Source of the DNA: Escherichia coli
Lineage (GTDB): Bacteria > Pseudomonadota > Gammaproteobacteria > Enterobacterales > Enterobacteriaceae
Direction: 5' to 3' (one strand)
Length of the DNA: 64,000 nucleotides
Assembly (NCBI RefSeq): GCF_044324875.1
Contig: NZ_CP172185.1
How positions within the stretch are numbered: the first letter of the stretch is position 1; every line of letters begins with the position of its first letter. Under the pieces are notes generated by a model. That model saw nothing but the letters and a program-made list of their open reading frames with translations, was not told where the DNA came from and did not search any database. A program made the position numbers and the translations under genes. This document shows positions 60,352-64,000 of this stretch, piece by piece.

Positions 60352-63300
60352 TTACCCAACCGCTGGTGTCGGATCGTCGCCTTTGTAGTCGCGTTTTACT
60401 TCCGTCACCTCATCGCCCTTCTCGTTGTGCAGATGCACTTCAAGCTGGTTAAAGGCAATGTTGATGTCGTTTTCACGGCACAGCTGATCGATAGTACGGT
60501 TCAGCTCATCGACAGTACGACTACGGTCACGCAGTTCACGCACATACAGACGCAGCTCATGATCCAACGTGCTGGCACCAAACGCCGTAAAGAAGACTTC
60601 CGGCATTGGTTCGTGCATCACCCTTGGGTGCTCAGTCGCCGCCTTCAGTAACACTTTACGCACTTTTTCCAGATCGGAGCCATAGGCCACGCCGAGACGG
60701 ATCACCAGACGCGTAGTTGTGTCAGTCAACGACCAGTTGATCAGACGCTCGGTAACAAACGCTTTATTCGGGATGATCACTTCTTTGCGATCGAAATCGG
60801 TAATCGTTGTCGCACGAATACGGATCTTACTTACCGTCCCCGAGAAGCTACCAATGGTTACCGTATCACCAATGCGTACCGGACGTTCGAACAGAATGAT
60901 CAAACCGGAGACGAAGTTACCGAAGATCTCTTGTAAACCAAAACCAAGACCTACGGATAATGCTGCCGCCAGCCACTGGAGTTTATCCCACGAGACGCCC
61001 AGCGATCCGAACACCGTCATCGCACCAACGGCAATAATGATGTAGTTAAGGATGGTAGTAATGGCATACGACGCGCCCTGGCGCATGTTCAGGCGCGAGA
61101 GCACCAACACTTCCAGCAAACCAGGCAGGTTGCGAATCAACGCCCAGGCTACCATTGAGGCGATAATCGCAAACAACAGACTGCCCATGGTGACGTTTTT
61201 CACCACCGCAGCGCCAGCTTCAGTGCCGTTGTAATGCCAGAGCGTGATGCTGTCGAGATAGCTGAACACGGTGATCAAATCGGACCAAATTGCCCAGAAC
61301 ATGACACCGAACAGCGCAAACATCAGCAACATGGTAATACGCAGCGTCTGCTGGTTAACCTGCTCCAGTGCAATGGTGGGTTCTTCCGGCGGTTCAGCAC
61401 CTTCCGCGCCCTCTTTCACCAGATTCTGCCGACGCGCCAGCGCACGACGCCAGGCGATACGCCGCGCCGCTACGCTTAAGCCACGCAGTACTGTCTGGTA
61501 CAGCAGGTTCCAGATGATCACCAAATAAACGGTTTCAATCCAACGCCCGGAGAGACGCAGCGTGGTGTAGAAATAACCCGTGGCGGTCAGCACCATCAAC
61601 GCAATCGGGATAATCGACAGCACGGTAATGGTGACCAGTCGCATGGTGTGCGACTCTTTATCACGCCAGCTTTCGCGGCACATCGGCCATACCAGGAAGG
61701 CAATCAGCAGCAGGTTGAAGAAAATCATCGCCTGCCCCAGCACATCATCCATCAGATGCAGCGGGGAAAGTTCTGCCACCACAGACCAGAAATGGATAGG
61801 CAGCAACGCGAGACTGATGCGGACAATTTGCCGACGCCAGTGGCTGGTCTGCTGTTCCGGCATACCAAAGTGACGCACGGCAACGCCGTTTTTCTCCAGT
61901 ACCTTCCAGCACAGGCCAAACACCAGCCAGAAAATCGCCAGTTTTTTACTGAACGACCATAGCAGTTCGCTGATGTTGAGCTGCATGGTCAACAGAATCA
62001 GGCCAACCGCGAGAATAATCAGGCACACCGGCAGCGCACGGATCAGGTCGATAAGGATCGCTTTTGGTGTGTTGAGCTGGCTGTCGTTACGCAGGGAACC
62101 CACAGCGGAAGCCAGTTTTTGTTGATACGCTTTCAGCCAGCCCAGACGCCAGTGGATCAGCCCGGCAATCAACAGCAGCGGCAAACCGGCGAGGAAAGCG
62201 ATAAAAACGGCAGGCCAGGCTTTTTCCCAGTTCACCGTGATTTTCATCGACTTAAATTCATCTTTCAGGCTTTGCGGGAACGCTTTGATCCAGTCCCAGT
62301 CCATTGGACGGTTACTGTTCACCCAAAAGATTTGCTGAGTCAGGATGGATTTCAGGTTTTTCGACACACTCATTAACTGCTGCTGGTTGATTTGCAGGTT
62401 AATGGCCATCATCAGCTGGTTACCCAACTGTTTGTTAAGCTGATCCAGCAATTCGCGACGCATATCAACTACTTGCAATAACGCATCGTGAACTTCGCTG
62501 TTGACTTCGTTGGTGTGACCTTCTTCCAGTTTGTTGACGAACGCATCGCTCTGGAAGAGTGCATCACGCTGCTGGTTAACTTCAAACTGTTCGAGACGCA
62601 AATCCGCGATGCGGTTGGTCATGTTTTCCAGTTCATCCGCCGAGGGCAGCGTTTGTTGTTGCTGGTAAAGGATACGAGACAACAGCAGGCTGCCCTTCAG
62701 GACGGCAATCTGCTCTTTAATATTGCGTTCCGATTGCAGCGCCCGCTCCAGCCAGTTTTTGACTTTAATGTTTTGCTGCATCAACTGATTACCGTTTTCA
62801 GTCGCGGTAATCAGACGCTGACTTAACTGCTGGTTAATTTCCAGTTCCTGCTTCACCAGCGGATTAGCCTGAATACGCGCGGCTTCATCCGGGGAGACGG
62901 CCTCCTGCGCCGTTTTTTCGGTTAAAGTCAGGCGCTTGCTGTTTACCGCTTCTTGCAACAGCTGCAACTGGTGCTCCAGACGGGCGCTGTTCGCCGTCAC
63001 GTAATCCCGTTGCTTTTGCAAGGTATCCTGTAAGACTGTGTTCCCTTCCAGGCTTTTACGCTGCTGGTCAATCTCCGCATTCAGCAACGCCTGCTGGGCC
63101 TGCATTAACACTTTCTGGCTGGGACGTAAGGCAGTCTCGCCGACATCAGTCCCATCCAGACGACTGCGAATTTGTTGCAGCTGCTGCGAAGCGTTATACA
63201 TCGCATTTTGCACGCGTTCGGGCTGCGTCTGTAACGAAACCAGCTGGCTGTTATAAGACGCCAGATCGTTTTGTGCGTTTTGCAAATCGTCCAGCGCCTG

Positions 63301-63714
63301 GGCAACGCGAGTTTCCAGCTGGCGCAACGAAAGTGTGCTCAGAATTTTGCGCGTTTCTTCGTCATTATCGACATCGCTAAGTGCAGTTAACGCCGCGGTC
63401 GCCTGGCGCATTTTTTCCGGCGCTTCAGCGACTTTTTGCCGTAGCTGAACTGTCTCTTCTTTTACGCGATCGATTTTATCGAGGGTAGCTAATGTATCTG
63501 TCAGATCCTGCTGCACCAGTTTGTCCTGAGCAGAAAGATCTTTTTGTTTATTCAGTGAGTCAAGTTGTGCCTGCAGGTCCGCTTTTGTCGGCAGATCACC
63601 ATTCGATGACGCCCGCGCAAACGCCGTGTTCTGGCATAACAAGACAAAAACAAAAGCAATAAATGCTGAAAAAACAAAATGCCGTGATCGTTTGTAATAC
63701 TGGAACATAGTCAT
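60352..63714 (-). CDS. mscK: Potassium-dependent mechanosensitive channel MscK
   Basis: 1120 aa; signal peptide, long coiled-coil periplasmic domain, multi-TM region and MscS-like C-terminal domain. Confidence 0.95.
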   Translation of the reverse strand: MTMFQYYKRSRHFVFSAFIAFVFVLLCQNTAFARASSNGDLPTKADLQAQLDSLNKQKDLSAQDKLVQQDLTDTLATLDKIDRVKEETVQLRQKVAEAPEKMRQATAALTALSDVDNDEETRKILSTLSLRQLETRVAQALDDLQNAQNDLASYNSQLVSLQTQPERVQNAMYNASQQLQQIRSRLDGTDVGETALRPSQKVLMQAQQALLNAEIDQQRKSLEGNTVLQDTLQKQRDYVTANSARLEHQLQLLQEAVNSKRLTLTEKTAQEAVSPDEAARIQANPLVKQELEINQQLSQRLITATENGNQLMQQNIKVKNWLERALQSERNIKEQIAVLKGSLLLSRILYQQQQTLPSADELENMTNRIADLRLEQFEVNQQRDALFQSDAFVNKLEEGHTNEVNSEVHDALLQVVDMRRELLDQLNKQLGNQLMMAINLQINQQQLMSVSKNLKSILTQQIFWVNSNRPMDWDWIKAFPQSLKDEFKSMKITVNWEKAWPAVFIAFLAGLPLLLIAGLIHWRLGWLKAYQQKLASAVGSLRNDSQLNTPKAILIDLIRALPVCLIILAVGLILLTMQLNISELLWSFSKKLAIFWLVFGLCWKVLEKNGVAVRHFGMPEQQTSHWRRQIVRISLALLPIHFWSVVAELSPLHLMDDVLGQAMIFFNLLLIAFLVWPMCRESWRDKESHTMRLVTITVLSIIPIALMVLTATGYFYTTLRLSGRWIETVYLVIIWNLLYQTVLRGLSVAARRIAWRRALARRQNLVKEGAEGAEPPEEPTIALEQVNQQTLRITMLLMFALFGVMFWAIWSDLITVFSYLDSITLWHYNGTEAGAAVVKNVTMGSLLFAIIASMVAWALIRNLPGLLEVLVLSRLNMRQGASYAITTILNYIIIAVGAMTVFGSLGVSWDKLQWLAAALSVGLGFGLQEIFGNFVSGLIILFERPVRIGDTVTIGSFSGTVSKIRIRATTITDFDRKEVIIPNKAFVTERLINWSLTDTTTRLVIRLGVAYGSDLEKVRKVLLKAATEHPRVMHEPMPEVFFTAFGASTLDHELRLYVRELRDRSRTVDELNRTIDQLCRENDINIAFNQLEVHLHNEKGDEVTEVKRDYKGDDPTPAVG

Positions 63715-63841
63715 GATGAATGAAGGTTTCTGAACCTGAAGAACGACCTGAAAAAGTCAAACCGCAAGAATATCACGACGCAGTGAACCAGAATAGCAAC
63801 GACGAAAATGTCCAGGAAAAATCCTGGAGTCAGATTCAGGG

Positions 63842-64000
63842 TTATTCGGTAATGGCAGGGTTACGAAGCGTGGGACATAGGAGATACATCTCCAGTAAGA
63901 TGGCGACGTAATCGCGGGCTTCTTTTTTAAGATCAAAAGATTGCGGGGCAAAGAGCCAGTTTTCCATCAGGCCGGAAATATAGCCGCGCATAATAATTGC
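63842..64000 (-). CDS. acrR: TetR-family repressor AcrR, 3' portion only (gene continues past the window end)
   Basis: Manual minus-strand translation from the window edge gives [52 protein letters not shown]-stop, matching the AcrR C-terminus as recalled. Confidence 0.85.
   Translation of the reverse strand, partial: AIIMRGYISGLMENWLFAPQSFDLKKEARDYVAILLEMYLLCPTLRNPAITE

Overview
E. coli-like chromosomal segment carrying a ~35 kb P2-like prophage (about 4256..39288) integrated between glsA and copA, on a 20-bp direct repeat that overlaps the copA promoter. Host genes to the right are conserved housekeeping genes: copA, ybaP, ybaK, ushA, fsr, ybaL, gsk (interrupted by an in-frame TAG), aes, hemH, adk, htpG, recR, ybaB, dnaX, apt, ybaN, priC, ybaM, mscK and the 3' end of acrR. 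To the left are glsA, ybaT and a TolC-family outer-membrane gene. The prophage has a P2-type gene set (int, C, cox-like, A, Q, P, O, N, M, L, X, lysis genes, R, S, V, W, J, I, H, G, FI, FII, E/E', T, U, D, ogr), but the FI-FII-E-T-U block lies on the opposite strand to the order I recall for P2. Accessory cargo sits in three places: between gene A and the portal gene (two toxin-antitoxin-like two-gene modules plus an orphan gene behind a long structured non-coding region), inside the early operon (an oppositely oriented two-TM protein), and between ogr and attR (a tandem array of ~200-bp units, each ending in a near-identical intrinsic terminator). The A-to-portal cargo is the best candidate for an undescribed system, but no protein there could be assigned a function from sequence alone. 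All protein assignments rest on reading the supplied translations against remembered family features; no database search was run.
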